From Candidatus Latescibacterota bacterium (GTDB lineage Bacteria; Latescibacterota; CBDEFO01), in assembly GCA_965237525.1 (NCBI GenBank), contig CBDEFO010000008.1:352001-416000 (forward strand): a DNA stretch of 64,000 bases, written 5' to 3'. The notes below the pieces were generated by a model. It did no database searches. It was not told the DNA's origin and saw only the letters and a list, made by a program, of their open reading frames with translations. Shown here piece after piece: positions 42,123-52,263 of this stretch. Position 1 is the stretch's first letter, and every line of letters starts with the position of its first letter. The position numbers were made by a program, and so were the translations under genes.

Positions 42123-42629
42123 CTATTCCGAACCCCCGCACGGAGGTGATGCAGGCAACACGCCGTTCTTCAGCCATCGCACGAGCGCCTTGCCGGGATC
42201 GGCGATCTCCTCAACCGAGCCGTACCAGTAGGCTTCCCAACCCGTCTCCGGCAGACCCGTAAACAACATCAGATTGAGGGGATAGACCTCGCTATCGGTG
42301 CAGCGGCGAAAGTCGTCCCGGAACAGGAACACCGGCTTGTCCCAAGCAATCGCCATGCCCAGTTCCACCATCACTCCCTCGTCCGGGGGGCAACCGTTGA
42401 CCACCGCGAACAACCCCTCGGCCTGCCGCACATCCCGGAGATCGGCCTGGCCGATTTCATAGACCCAGCCCGGACTGGCACGGGCGATCTGGTTGTTACG
42501 CGCGAACGGCTCCCAGACTTCGGCCCCCAGCGCCTCCAGAGCCGCTACAATCTCTCCCAACGGCCCAGCGCACTGCTGCAGGGAGAAACCATAGGGGTTG
42601 GCCAGATAAAGAGTCTTTTTCGATGTCAT
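42123..42629 (-). CDS. nucleoside 2-deoxyribosyltransferase family
   Basis: LYLANPYGFS, VWEPF, PDEGVMVELGMA, NLML. Start moved to MTSK at 42629. Confidence 0.88.
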   Translation of the reverse strand: MTSKKTLYLANPYGFSLQQCAGPLGEIVAALEALGAEVWEPFARNNQIARASPGWVYEIGQADLRDVRQAEGLFAVVNGCPPDEGVMVELGMAIAWDKPVFLFRDDFRRCTDSEVYPLNLMLFTGLPETGWEAYWYGSVEEIADPGKALVRWLKNGVLPASPPCGGSE

Positions 42630-42765
42630 GTTCGAGTCCCTGGACTTAAGCATCCGCGAATTCATCAGCCAAGCACAACGGGTAAATTGCGGGTAGCGGC
42701 ATTCCGAGATCGGCGAAACAAGGATAGCAAGCAGAACGCATTGAAGCGATATGAGCTTGACGACC

Positions 42766-44419
42766 TCAGACGGGCAACTGCGTCTGTGGTTCGCGTCGCA
42801 AGCTCGCCACGCTCGGCGTATTGAACCGCTTGCCTTCGACAATCTCTGCAACGGTGAGCATCTGCATCCTGGGGTAAGGAATGCCCAACACCTCAAGATC
42901 GCCCACCTCGGCCATGAAGCGGTTGAAGTTGTGCGCTTTCGTTTCCCCCAACGGCTCCATGACGATGAGCCCAGCCATGAGCGCGTCGTCATTGTCGAGC
43001 ACGCAACGCAACGCGCGAAGGTCGTGGATGCTGACGTTCTTGCCGCCCTTGACTTCGATGACCATGCTTTGTAGCTCGCGTTCTCCTGGCACGTCGCAGT
43101 AAACACGCCCGTCAATACCGCCGTCGCCCGTGCGCCGCGATGTTACAAAGCCGTCTACCTGTTCGACGGCCCACTTTTGGAAGTGATACTTGTCTCGCTC
43201 CCATAGGTCGCGCGGTATGCCTTCGATAACGTAGTCCTTGCCAGCCTCCAGGCCGCAACGCTCCTGCAAGCGCTTTTGCGCGACTCGCTTGACGGCGTGA
43301 ATGGCGATGTCAATGCCGATCCATCGCCGCCCAAGATGGTGCGCTGCTTCGAGCGTAGTGGCGCATCCGCAGAATGGGTCTAACACAAGGTCGCCTGGGT
43401 TGCTAGAAGCCTTGATAATGCGCTCTAACAAGGCTACTGGCTTCTGGGTGGCATAACCCATGCGCTCTGAGCCTAGCGCGGGGCCGATGTCATGCCAAAT
43501 GTCATTCGGGGCTATTCCCTTGCCGGGCCTCTGCTTTCTCCAAACCACATCGTCTATAAACTCTAATTCGCCTTCTTCGTCTAAGGTAATAAGGCGGTCT
43601 TTGCTTGTAGTCCATCCCGATTTGTGAGGTGGGTATATCCCTTTGTATTCATAGCAAAGATTGGGGCGCTCACCTAGTCCGGGTGGACGAAATGGGCTCC
43701 TTCGCTTGTAGGGGCCTTTCTCATCGAGGCAAGGAAAGTCTGTCTCTATGTTTTTGTATGGGGTCATGATTTCAGTCCTTGTAACTCTATGCCCCCCCCG
43801 ACTTTGAGTAGAAAAGAACCCTATCGCTTGACCGCCCAAAGCCCTTTGCCTTGTGTTGGCTCCCTTTTCCAGCGCCTTTAATTCGCTCCCATGCGATTTC
43901 GTTCCTGAAGTTGTCATGCCCGAATATCGCATCCATTAGCACCTTGATGTAATGGCTGGCCGTCGGGTCGCAGTGCAGATAAATACTCCCCGTCGGTTTC
44001 AAGATTGACTTCATATAGAGCAAGCGTTCAGTCATGTATGATAGATAAGCCAAGAGGCGCGGCTGTGTGTTACGCAGCGCAGTCATCCATAACCGCCAGA
44101 AATCCACAGTCGCATCGTCAATACCCGCCTCGCGCATCAAAACCGGCATGGTACGTATGGCGCGTTCGCGGTCGTCATCTAGCTCCCAGGTGTCGCAAAA
44201 TGCCTCTATCTGATCGGGTAGCGGGCGTCCGGTTTCGTCCTTGTAGATGGCGTTGTAATATCGATTGGAGTTGAAGGGCGGATCAAGATAGATCAGATCC
44301 ACGCTCATCAACGGCATGCTTTGCATGATAGTAAGGCAGTCGCCGTAGTAGAGCCGGTTGCCACCGGAGCTTCCGCGCCTGCTTGATTTTCTTCCGACAA
44401 TCCTTACGTGCTTCGTCAA
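42766..44419 (-). pseudogene. DNA MTase-Mrr-like nuclease fusion, allele C, frameshifted at G8
   Basis: Same central domain and G8 tract (C8 at 43792-43799) as copy A; homology to A/B begins at about 44359; start uncertain. Confidence 0.85.
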
Positions 44420-44897
44420 CGATCTCGTTGCGGGTACCGCGAAATGTCCTCTCTGTGGCTTGGCAATCCCATCGAGCCTTCCGATAGGCTTCCTCCAATC
44501 GCTTCACCTTGCCAGTTGCGGATAGCCGTAGATCGCGGGCCTCGCGAGCCTCCCGGTTTCTTTCGATCTGGGCGGCGTCGGCGTCAATAAAATACTGTGC
44601 TATAGAGGTGCCAGACCTAGTGATATCCTCAGCAGTAAATCGAGGGTTGCGCCACGAAGTTCTGGCTGTGGCCCATGCCTTCTCTTGATTGACGAATGAA
44701 GAGAGAGCGGATGCATTGATATTCGGGCCGCGTCCGCCCGCTGCGATCACGCCAGCTTCCACCAGCTTCGCGCTACCGACGGCCTGAATCTGACTTGCGG
44801 CTTGGTTCCAATTAAAAGTTCCTTCTGGTATTTGTTCTTCTGGCATTGGTGTCTCCTCCGGTAGGACTTCTTTGTCAAGCACTTTGCTCAGTTTCAA
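44283..44897 (-). CDS. hypothetical protein (3' end runs into the MTase)
   Basis: ORF only. Confidence 0.35.
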   Translation of the reverse strand: MKLSKVLDKEVLPEETPMPEEQIPEGTFNWNQAASQIQAVGSAKLVEAGVIAAGGRGPNINASALSSFVNQEKAWATARTSWRNPRFTAEDITRSGTSIAQYFIDADAAQIERNREAREARDLRLSATGKVKRLEEAYRKARWDCQATERTFRGTRNEIVDEARKDCRKKIKQARKLRWQPALLRRLPYYHAKHAVDERGSDLS

Positions 44898-44974
44898 TAT
44901 AAGCTCTTTGTCGAAATTGAGCTTTTTTCTCTTTCTCCTGTCGCTGCAGGTTTTCCCGCATAGCCCTTAAAAAC

Positions 44975-45898
44975 TCAGGAGTCTTCAGCAACTCCTTCGT
45001 CTTCGTCGCGTTCTGGGTTTTCTGTACTTGTTCGTTCGCCTTCGTTGTCTGTTGCATTTTCTTCTCCTTTACTCCCGTCCAATCTTGCGGAATAATTGTC
45101 GTCCTGGTGAGGATCGATAAACTTTCTAATCGCATTCCACAGGGACCTTATGTTATCCGAGGGGTCTTCGACTCTTGAAAAAAGTTTTTTTGCCTCAATT
45201 CTGTCGATTACAAATCCATGGGCAGGATAACCTTCTACTAACGAATTAACCGTACTAAGACTTGCATTTCCCCCTCGTTCCACCAGTCTTTGCCCGTATG
45301 CCTTGGCAACATTCAGATCCCTTAAGTCGCTTCCTAAAGCCTCTGGATCGATTTGCGCATAGACAGGCTGCATAACCGCTGTAGCAATATTTGACGCAAT
45401 TTTAGATGCGACCTCAAAGCTGACCGAGTGTCGGCTTTGGGTCGTTATAGCCCACCTCACCTGTTCATATATGGTTAACGTTTCATCCGCTAATCCTGCA
45501 AGTGCCGTCCGAACTATCAGGCCTGATCTTCTTTGCCCAATTTCATCTCGTTTTACGAGTTGCACATCGAGCGGGCCAAGTTCAGCTAATTCGTCCATCA
45601 TAATTATATTGGCACCTAATGCGATAATTGTTCCCGCACTTTTACATCTGGTTGGGACAAATAGGTAAAAGGTTTTAAAGGTAGTCTGGAACAGCCTTGC
45701 TATTTTATAAGCAATATGCGCACTTCCTCCATTTGTTGCCAGAATTAGAAAGACATTATCTTTAGGCTCATCAGATGAATATATGGATTCCATTAGACGC
45801 AGCATGCTGTCCTCATCAATGGGGCCTGTATATACAGCAACATGGGCGTCGAGATCGGCGGAAACTACGTTAGCAGCTTCTCTGATTTTAGGGTGCAT
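44975..45898 (-). CDS. SDH-family ClpP-class serine protease
   Basis: TNGG, CKSAGTIIALGA, ELGPLDVQ, YPAHGFVID. Confidence 0.8.
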   Translation of the reverse strand: MHPKIREAANVVSADLDAHVAVYTGPIDEDSMLRLMESIYSSDEPKDNVFLILATNGGSAHIAYKIARLFQTTFKTFYLFVPTRCKSAGTIIALGANIIMMDELAELGPLDVQLVKRDEIGQRRSGLIVRTALAGLADETLTIYEQVRWAITTQSRHSVSFEVASKIASNIATAVMQPVYAQIDPEALGSDLRDLNVAKAYGQRLVERGGNASLSTVNSLVEGYPAHGFVIDRIEAKKLFSRVEDPSDNIRSLWNAIRKFIDPHQDDNYSARLDGSKGEENATDNEGERTSTENPERDEDEGVAEDS

Positions 45899-46133
45899 TT
45901 TGTTTGTCCTGTTGTGCATGCCACCTGGCGCTGGCAGCCGTCTGTGCAATCTCAGTGCGCCTTTCGTCCGTTATTTTGCCATGCAGAGCCGCAGCACCAG
46001 CCTTACCGCCCTTGACCTTGTTCGGCTGCTTGTACCCCTCATCTTCAACCTCACCCGTGGCTATCTTAGCTACCTTTACTGCACAGCCGACCGCGTCCGC
46101 AGGCCGACGCACTCCTCTTGGTCCTTTAGGCAT
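45888..46133 (-). CDS. small basic protein typical of IS1-like cargo elements
   Basis: MPKGPRGVRRPAD..AVKVAKIATGE..KGGKAGA..RRTEIA..AASARW. Confidence 0.7.
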   Translation of the reverse strand: MPKGPRGVRRPADAVGCAVKVAKIATGEVEDEGYKQPNKVKGGKAGAAALHGKITDERRTEIAQTAASARWHAQQDKQNAP

Positions 46134-47312
46134 CCGGAGCAACCTCCCTTGAAGTTTGGGGAGCCAATAATATCAGGGCCATCATTCTCAATGACAAGCT
46201 AAATCTAACCTGGTTCCCCATTTCAACCGAAAGGTGGGTGGTAAATGGTTTACTTAATAAACCTTTTCTTGTCAAGGGCAAAAAAAGTGTAGGTGAATTC
46301 CCCCTAGGCCAATTCAAACTGAGACACTACCGGCTTGTCTAATGTAAGTGAAACGGTGTAAGCCCCTTATATTGTCATCCAGTTATAGTTATCTTCTTTT
46401 TTCTGGTGAGTGCTTAAAGATTCCCAATTAACGGTTTTATCGTAGGGAGAACTTATGTTAGTAAGTGCCTTCTCACAAGCATCCCATACGTCGTAGTGAT
46501 GACCTCCGCGTGGTCTCTCAACAGGGAAATCATACGCCTCATCCTTAAGTATCTCAGCACTGGAGGGCTTGACAAGAACCTGTTCCTCTCTAAAGAACGG
46601 CATGATAGACCTTATACGCGCTATCTTGTCAGTAGATTCAACTATGATCTTCTTGTCAATATATATCTCCCTCTTAAGCTCCTCTACTCTTAACCACTGC
46701 AAGACAGCATCCATAGCGTTCTTCTCAAAGATAAACCTCGGTCTATTAAACTTCTCCCTAAGGACAAAAATAAGCTCTATAGCATCGACAACATCTATCC
46801 TGACCTTTGTTATATCATCGAGGTACTTCTGTCCGTTCCACTGCATATGAAGAGGAACAAACGCCGAGAAGTTTGATCTCTTGTTCTTGGTGAATCCCAG
46901 GTCTACACCTATTGTCGTAGCAACGGGTATCCGAGTATCTCCTGTTTCATCTACTTTCGATAAGTAGCCATTCCCACCAGACGTAGGATGCTTCTCAAAG
47001 TCAAGATCGTGATAGTGAGATAGATAGCTCTCTGGAATCTCTATATCGTCAGACCCCCTTGACCTATTTTCATACTCCCTGTAATAAGTCTTGAGATTGT
47101 TTCGAAGTTCATAGTCCTTCTTGATCTGAGCTATCCGCGCATTGCTAAATTTCTTAGGCCAGATACTCTGTCCATTCTCATCAATATTCCTGTAGAATAG
47201 ACCCTGCCACATCATTCCAGGTTTAGACTTAGGCAAATCATCAGCATATCTTTGACCTACCTGTCTGCCAGTGGCAGCCTTCCAAAGATTGGGAATAATA
47301 TACTTAACGCCA

Positions 47313-47993
47313 CTAAATGATTCTCGTGCGTTTCTCGTATAGTCGGCCTATCTCATCTGATTTGACCCTGAACTTAACCCCGTGATCTCTCACCGCGCCT
47401 GATTCCTTGATGTATGCATCGAAGTCCACTATCACGAGGCCCCTTTCAATCGACCGCATGAGGCCCGACAGCTTGATTTGTTCGTAGGCCGTGGCGTGTT
47501 CGTATTTCACTTGACGTGGATTCCGCTTTATTTGCCCCGTTACAAGAATCAGACGGCTCAACTTCCTGCCCGCCGCGTTCAGTAGATCGTCTTCCGTCCA
47601 GCAGACCTCCGGATTCATCCCTTCTTCATGGCGCACCCAAATAGACCCGGCATCGTAGGCGATGTTGAAGCCCCTGTCTGATTCGCCCTCGATTGTATGT
47701 CGAAAGGATGGGCGTCCGTTCCTTCCCTTCCAGCCGAATTTGTTGATGATGAACTTCATCGAGCCTTTGGGCCTTGGCGTCTTGTGAAATAGCGTAATGA
47801 GCGCGGTGCCGCTTGAGTATTTCAACTCGAAGGTTCCGGCGTCGGGAATGTCCACGTTTGAGGTTTCGAGGCCCAGGAGACTTTCGAGAAGACGACCTGG
47901 TGCGCCGGAGCCTTGATAGTCGCTCGGTAAATCCCGCCATCCGCTCTTGCACAATTCCCGCACTTGGTCGAACAGGGCCGTTCTCGAGGTCAT
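47313..47993 (-). CDS. MvaI/BcnI-family restriction endonuclease
   Basis: GRLLESLLGL..N..PD..ELK..LITLF, RDHGVKFR. Confidence 0.8.
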   Translation of the reverse strand: MTSRTALFDQVRELCKSGWRDLPSDYQGSGAPGRLLESLLGLETSNVDIPDAGTFELKYSSGTALITLFHKTPRPKGSMKFIINKFGWKGRNGRPSFRHTIEGESDRGFNIAYDAGSIWVRHEEGMNPEVCWTEDDLLNAAGRKLSRLILVTGQIKRNPRQVKYEHATAYEQIKLSGLMRSIERGLVIVDFDAYIKESGAVRDHGVKFRVKSDEIGRLYEKRTRII

Positions 47994-48802
47994 TTCAGTT
48001 TCCGATACGCCGCCAGCCTCTCATCCGCTAGGCGACAATATCTTTTGCTCTTTTCGATACCGATCCATTCCCTTCCCTCAGATTCCGCCGCGATCGCGGT
48101 CGTGCCGCTTCCCATGAAGGGGTCAAGCACGATTTTCCCCGTGGTGGAGCCGATGCACCTTTGAGCTAACTCCGTAGGGAATGGGGCAGGATGGGGGTTG
48201 TTGGATTCTTGGGGGATTTCCCAGATGTCGCCGACGGCGTTCGCCTTGGGAGCAAGCTGAAACTCCGGCTTGGCGATAAGGTAAATGACTTCGTAGGTGG
48301 GGAGAAAATAGCCTTTGTTGAAATTGATGCCGCCCTTGCGTCGCCAGATGATGATCTGGCGGACGGGGAAGTCCTCAACGATATCGCTCCGGTCTTGGAG
48401 AAAGCCGCCTTGGACGCGCCACTTGTGGTTGTAGAAAATAGCCCCGCTCTCCTTGATTAGTCGCATCATGGCCTTGAGGCCTTTCCTTTGCCACTTCACG
48501 TACTCATCATGCGGCATACAATCTTCGTGTTCCTCGTAGCCCTTAATGAGCGCGGCATTCGGCCACTTGCCACCGCTCCCGTTCTTCATGCCGTTTCCAG
48601 TGGATTGCTTGAGGTTGTAGGGTGGAGAGGTAACGATCAAGTCGATGGAAAGCGCGGGGATTTTGTTCATCAATTCGACAGTATCCCCTTCATGCACCTT
48701 GCCGAGCCATCGGCTCATCGCGTTTTCGGAAAGGGTCTGCGCTCCGGCTTTCAGCAATCCATCGAACGACAAGGGGATTTGTACCCTTTGCGCGTTGGTC
48801 AT
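47990..48802 (-). CDS. beta-class N4-C/N6-A DNA methyltransferase
   Basis: DLIVTSPPY, HPAPFP, LDPFMGSGTT; ATG 48802 overlaps the transposase stop. Confidence 0.9.
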   Translation of the reverse strand: MTNAQRVQIPLSFDGLLKAGAQTLSENAMSRWLGKVHEGDTVELMNKIPALSIDLIVTSPPYNLKQSTGNGMKNGSGGKWPNAALIKGYEEHEDCMPHDEYVKWQRKGLKAMMRLIKESGAIFYNHKWRVQGGFLQDRSDIVEDFPVRQIIIWRRKGGINFNKGYFLPTYEVIYLIAKPEFQLAPKANAVGDIWEIPQESNNPHPAPFPTELAQRCIGSTTGKIVLDPFMGSGTTAIAAESEGREWIGIEKSKRYCRLADERLAAYRKLK

Positions 48803-49716
48803 GTAATCAAAGCCTTGTAGGTCAAGCGGGAGCCAAAGCCGCTTTCGAGCATAGAATCCATGCGCTGGCCGCCAGCGGAGCCATTCAGGTTCCATCGGAA
48901 GGCAAACTCTGAGAGGTAGCGGTTCAGGTGCTTCCATGAGAACTGGTGAAACACGCCATTGTAGCCGCGCTTGAGCATTGACCAGAAGCTCTCGATTCCG
49001 TTCGTATGGGCCTTGTCCCGCACATATTCGCCCATGATGTGAACAACGAACTCATGGTCATAGAACTCACCCAAGCCCCTGTAACTTCGATGATCGTCCG
49101 TGTAAACCGTGGAGCCTAGCAACACGTTATCTTCGATGAATCCGACCATCGTGTTCCTGTCTGTCATGGAAATCTTCTGCGCGAACACATTACCTTCACG
49201 CGAGCGCACGCCGATAGCGACATCCTTGCCCGCAGGCCCGCGTCCGGCCTTGGCCTTCTTGGAGTTGTGCTTGTTCTTCTCTTTGCCGCCCAAATAAGTT
49301 TCGTCCGCTTCCACTTCCCCGTTCATGGGCGGGGAGTTTTCGAGCGCGGTTTCAGCCGCCTTGCGGAGACGCCCGAGCATGAACCACGCCGTCTTTTGAC
49401 TCACGCCCACTTCCCGCGCTAGTTGATAGCTACTGATTCCCTTGCGGTTCGAGGTAACGAGCCAAGCGGCCATAAACCACTTGCGGAGAGGAAGTCTTGA
49501 TTCCTCATAGATCGTGCCCTTGCGGATACTGAACTCATCCCCGCAATCTGAGCACTTGTAGACGCCTACACGCTTGCGGCTGTAGATTTTCCCAGCGCAT
49601 CCGCACAAGGGACATATCTTTCCGGCGGGCCAGCGAAGTTCTTCAAGGTGGGCCACGCAAGCGGCCTCATCTGGGAAGGCTTCTAGCATTTGAAGCAGTG
49701 TGTCATAATTCTTCAT
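48799..49716 (-). CDS. IS1595 transposase, intact
   Basis: CPLC..CSDC, VEADETYLGG, YTDD, NGIESFWS, YLSEFAFR. Confidence 0.93.
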   Translation of the reverse strand: MKNYDTLLQMLEAFPDEAACVAHLEELRWPAGKICPLCGCAGKIYSRKRVGVYKCSDCGDEFSIRKGTIYEESRLPLRKWFMAAWLVTSNRKGISSYQLAREVGVSQKTAWFMLGRLRKAAETALENSPPMNGEVEADETYLGGKEKNKHNSKKAKAGRGPAGKDVAIGVRSREGNVFAQKISMTDRNTMVGFIEDNVLLGSTVYTDDHRSYRGLGEFYDHEFVVHIMGEYVRDKAHTNGIESFWSMLKRGYNGVFHQFSWKHLNRYLSEFAFRWNLNGSAGGQRMDSMLESGFGSRLTYKALIT

Positions 49717-50461
49717 GTCTTGATTCTCCGCAATTTAGTGGTGTTCTGTCAAGCAACCCTATACCACTAATATATTGCATTATGCGGTGGTGTCAAGTAT
49801 ATTATTCCCCAAAGATTAGATAATAAAGATTCCTCATGTAGAACGGTCCCTCCTATAACTATTTTACCCTCATAGGAAGGCAATACAGTTCCATCAAGCC
49901 AGTCAGATAACTTAGCTCTTGAGTCAGCAGTTCCAGTATTAGCCTCATTTTCCAGATCGTCACATATTATAAGATCAGGTCTCTTTCCTAACTTTAGAGA
50001 CCCTCTCACTTGTTGACCAGCACCTTTAGCCCTAATAGTAATCCCATTAGAAGTTACTATTTCCTTCTCAGTCCACTTGCCAACCCCTAAGCCATCCCAA
50101 TTCCTCTTAGCTACAAAATTACCAAAGAGTTTGATTACGAGCTTATTAGTCTCCATCTCATTTTTAGCAGCCTCTAGAAAGTCAACAGAAGCTGGCAGGG
50201 TATCAGATATTATCATGATAAACTCACGCTCTTCAAAGAGAGCCTGATGTAAGATATAGACAAAGCTGAGTATTGTAGACTTGGCACGTGCTCGCGGGGC
50301 TACATAGATAGACCTCTCGTGATTTTCGAGTATATGACTATATATTTCCTTGTGGAAGTTAGGCACACCATATTTCTTCTGTATCCTATGAGGGAATAGA
50401 ATCATAGAGAACAGTGCAAGATCATCGTGCAGTTTCTTGAGATTGGTGTTCCCTATTGCTG

Positions 50462-50854
50462 TCAAGGCACCTTCCTGTCGGTAAAAGTGATATTTCCCTG
50501 ATCTGCCCTGCGATCCAGAATCTTAACTTTCTTTTTTACTTCGTCACGCCATCCCTTATATGGACCTGGATTATCAATCAAGATTAGATTCAGGATTATG
50601 TCGCTCGCTACATGTATGGATTCAGGGTAGTCTATCTTGTATGTAACCTCGTTATTGGCTACTAACTTATTGAATACTATGTCTAAGGGTGAGGACTCCT
50701 GATCCTTATCACACACATTTACAGTCAGACGAAAAGCACCATTGTCACCATCCCTAAGTTTGTAGGATATCCTCACTTCCCTTGCCTGTGTTATCCGGTG
50801 TATCAAGTTCTTTAGCTGGAGGGGAGTCAGGGAATTCATCTTCTTTGCCATCAT
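50462..50854 (-). CDS. phage hypothetical protein
   Basis: Between terS-like and terL, overlapping both. Confidence 0.5.
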   Translation of the reverse strand: MMAKKMNSLTPLQLKNLIHRITQAREVRISYKLRDGDNGAFRLTVNVCDKDQESSPLDIVFNKLVANNEVTYKIDYPESIHVASDIILNLILIDNPGPYKGWRDEVKKKVKILDRRADQGNITFTDRKVP

Positions 50855-51497
50855 CTTCCTCGTGAAGTACGAACTCTGCATCTTCTATCCTATCCCCAAG
50901 TCCTCGTAAAAGGCTATCCCTATCCTCATTTGTCTTAAGAACATCTTCTCTATAAGACTTGAGAGCTCTAAGAGCTTCCAGTTGACTAGGCTTATTACCT
51001 TCTTCTACCATACGTTTTAAATTAGTGAGGAAATACTTATCATCAATATTTAGCTCGCTCAGCATTCCCTTCATTCTTTTTTCTATTTCAGACTGCACAT
51101 CCGGTTGATTAAACACTCGCCTAGCCCTCTTTTTCCAAGAGTCAGTATTAGTGGTATATACCCTAGAAAACGCCTTATAAACGTCGAAGAAAATAGTATA
51201 CTGACGAGCAAATTCTTTGCGCTTGATAGTAGTGTGGATTTGTTTGGGATCGGATTTAGGCTCATGGGTCTTATCAATATACATTCCCTTTCTGGCCCTT
51301 ACCATATACTGACCCGTAATGGTACACACAAAACCTGGGGCAATCTTAAGTACCTCAAGAACTTTGCCACAGTCAGAGATAACCCAATCACCTGGCTGGC
51401 CAAGCCTCCAGTCTCTCTTTACATCAAGTTGATTGTCATGAGTGGCTTCTATCAGGTTCTCGTAAACCTTGCGCCCTTTTACCAGTTTCATATCCAT
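50754..51497 (-). CDS. putative terminase small subunit
   Basis: Upstream of terL; helical RKEFARQY..YKAF..ARRVF..VQSEIEK..LEALRAL pattern. Confidence 0.55.
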   Translation of the reverse strand: MDMKLVKGRKVYENLIEATHDNQLDVKRDWRLGQPGDWVISDCGKVLEVLKIAPGFVCTITGQYMVRARKGMYIDKTHEPKSDPKQIHTTIKRKEFARQYTIFFDVYKAFSRVYTTNTDSWKKRARRVFNQPDVQSEIEKRMKGMLSELNIDDKYFLTNLKRMVEEGNKPSQLEALRALKSYREDVLKTNEDRDSLLRGLGDRIEDAEFVLHEEDDGKEDEFPDSPPAKELDTPDNTGKGSEDILQT

Positions 51498-51636
51498 AAT
51501 ATAATACTTTTACGAGAATTGTGCAAGGCCCTTGACAATTTGCCAAGTCATATGTACATAAAGAAAGTCCTTAGACAATGTTATGAGATATTATTTATAC
51601 TATATATATATAGTATAAATAGTCAGAAAGGACTTT

Positions 51637-52184
51637 ATGGAAATATCAGCTAATATTTTATGTGGAGACTGCACTCGAACAGTTAAAAGAGCTTAATGAT
51701 AATTCGATAGACCTCATCATTACATCTCCACCCTACACTGATCAGCGGAAAAATACTTATGGCGGTATACATCCAGATAAGTATGTTGAGTGGTTTTTGC
51801 CAATATCAAAAGAGTTGCTCAGAGTTATGAAGCCAACAGGTTCATTGATTCTGAATATAAAGGAACTTGCAGTAACAGGAGTCTAAGAGTGGAAGTGGCT
51901 TTGGAAGGAACAGGTCTAGTTGGTTAAAAAGAGATATGGTTTATCCAACAAATGTGCTGCATATGGCAGTAGAAACTCATAATAAGAATCATAGTGCTGC
52001 TTTTCCTGAATCGCTTCCTGAATGGGTTATTAAGCTTCTTACCGAAGAGAACGATGTTGTTTTAGATCCGTTTATGGGGTCTGGAACAACTATTAAAGTG
52101 GCTCAACGTCTTAAACGAAATTCAATAGGAATTGACATTCAAAAATCCTATTGCGATATGGTTTCTGAAAGTATCAAACAGTGA
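51637..52184 (+). pseudogene. SPPY-type DNA methyltransferase remnant
   Basis: ILCGDC / IDLIITSPPY / HSAAFP / LDPFMGSGTT spread across broken frames; the middle is missing. Confidence 0.85.
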
Positions 52185-52263
52185 AAAAACTTTACATAAT
52201 AAAAGGGAATTATATACTTGACTCCACCTAATTCTTTCAGTATCTTTACTCGGTAACGAGGGG

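Larger units (their letters stand above)
42737..46331 (-). mobile_element. transposase-less hybrid unit C: IS1595-type end at left, IS1-like end at right
   Basis: IR copy with 1 mismatch at 42737-42761; aattcaaactgagacactacc at 46311-46331 resembles termini of IS1-family cargo elements as I recall them. Confidence 0.55.
47291..49809 (-). mobile_element. IS1595-family transposon D carrying an intact R-M pair
   Basis: 23-bp IRs gggaataatatactt(a/g)ac(g/a)ccac with 21/23 match; perfect 8-bp TSD CAAAGATT at 47283-47290 and 49810-49817. Confidence 0.95.
46367..50465 (-). pseudogene. terL: phage terminase large subunit interrupted by an IS1595-RM transposon
   Basis: N part: APRARAKST, DLIICDDLE, GTVLHEESLL. 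C part: IGVDLG, FEKNA, HYDVWDA. The halves rejoin in frame after removing 47291-49809 plus one TSD. Confidence 0.9.

Noticed and set aside
42123..43115. 330-aa ORF as a single protein
   Set aside because: Its N-terminal half is an alternate frame of the MTase-nuclease and the IR; the real gene starts at 42629.
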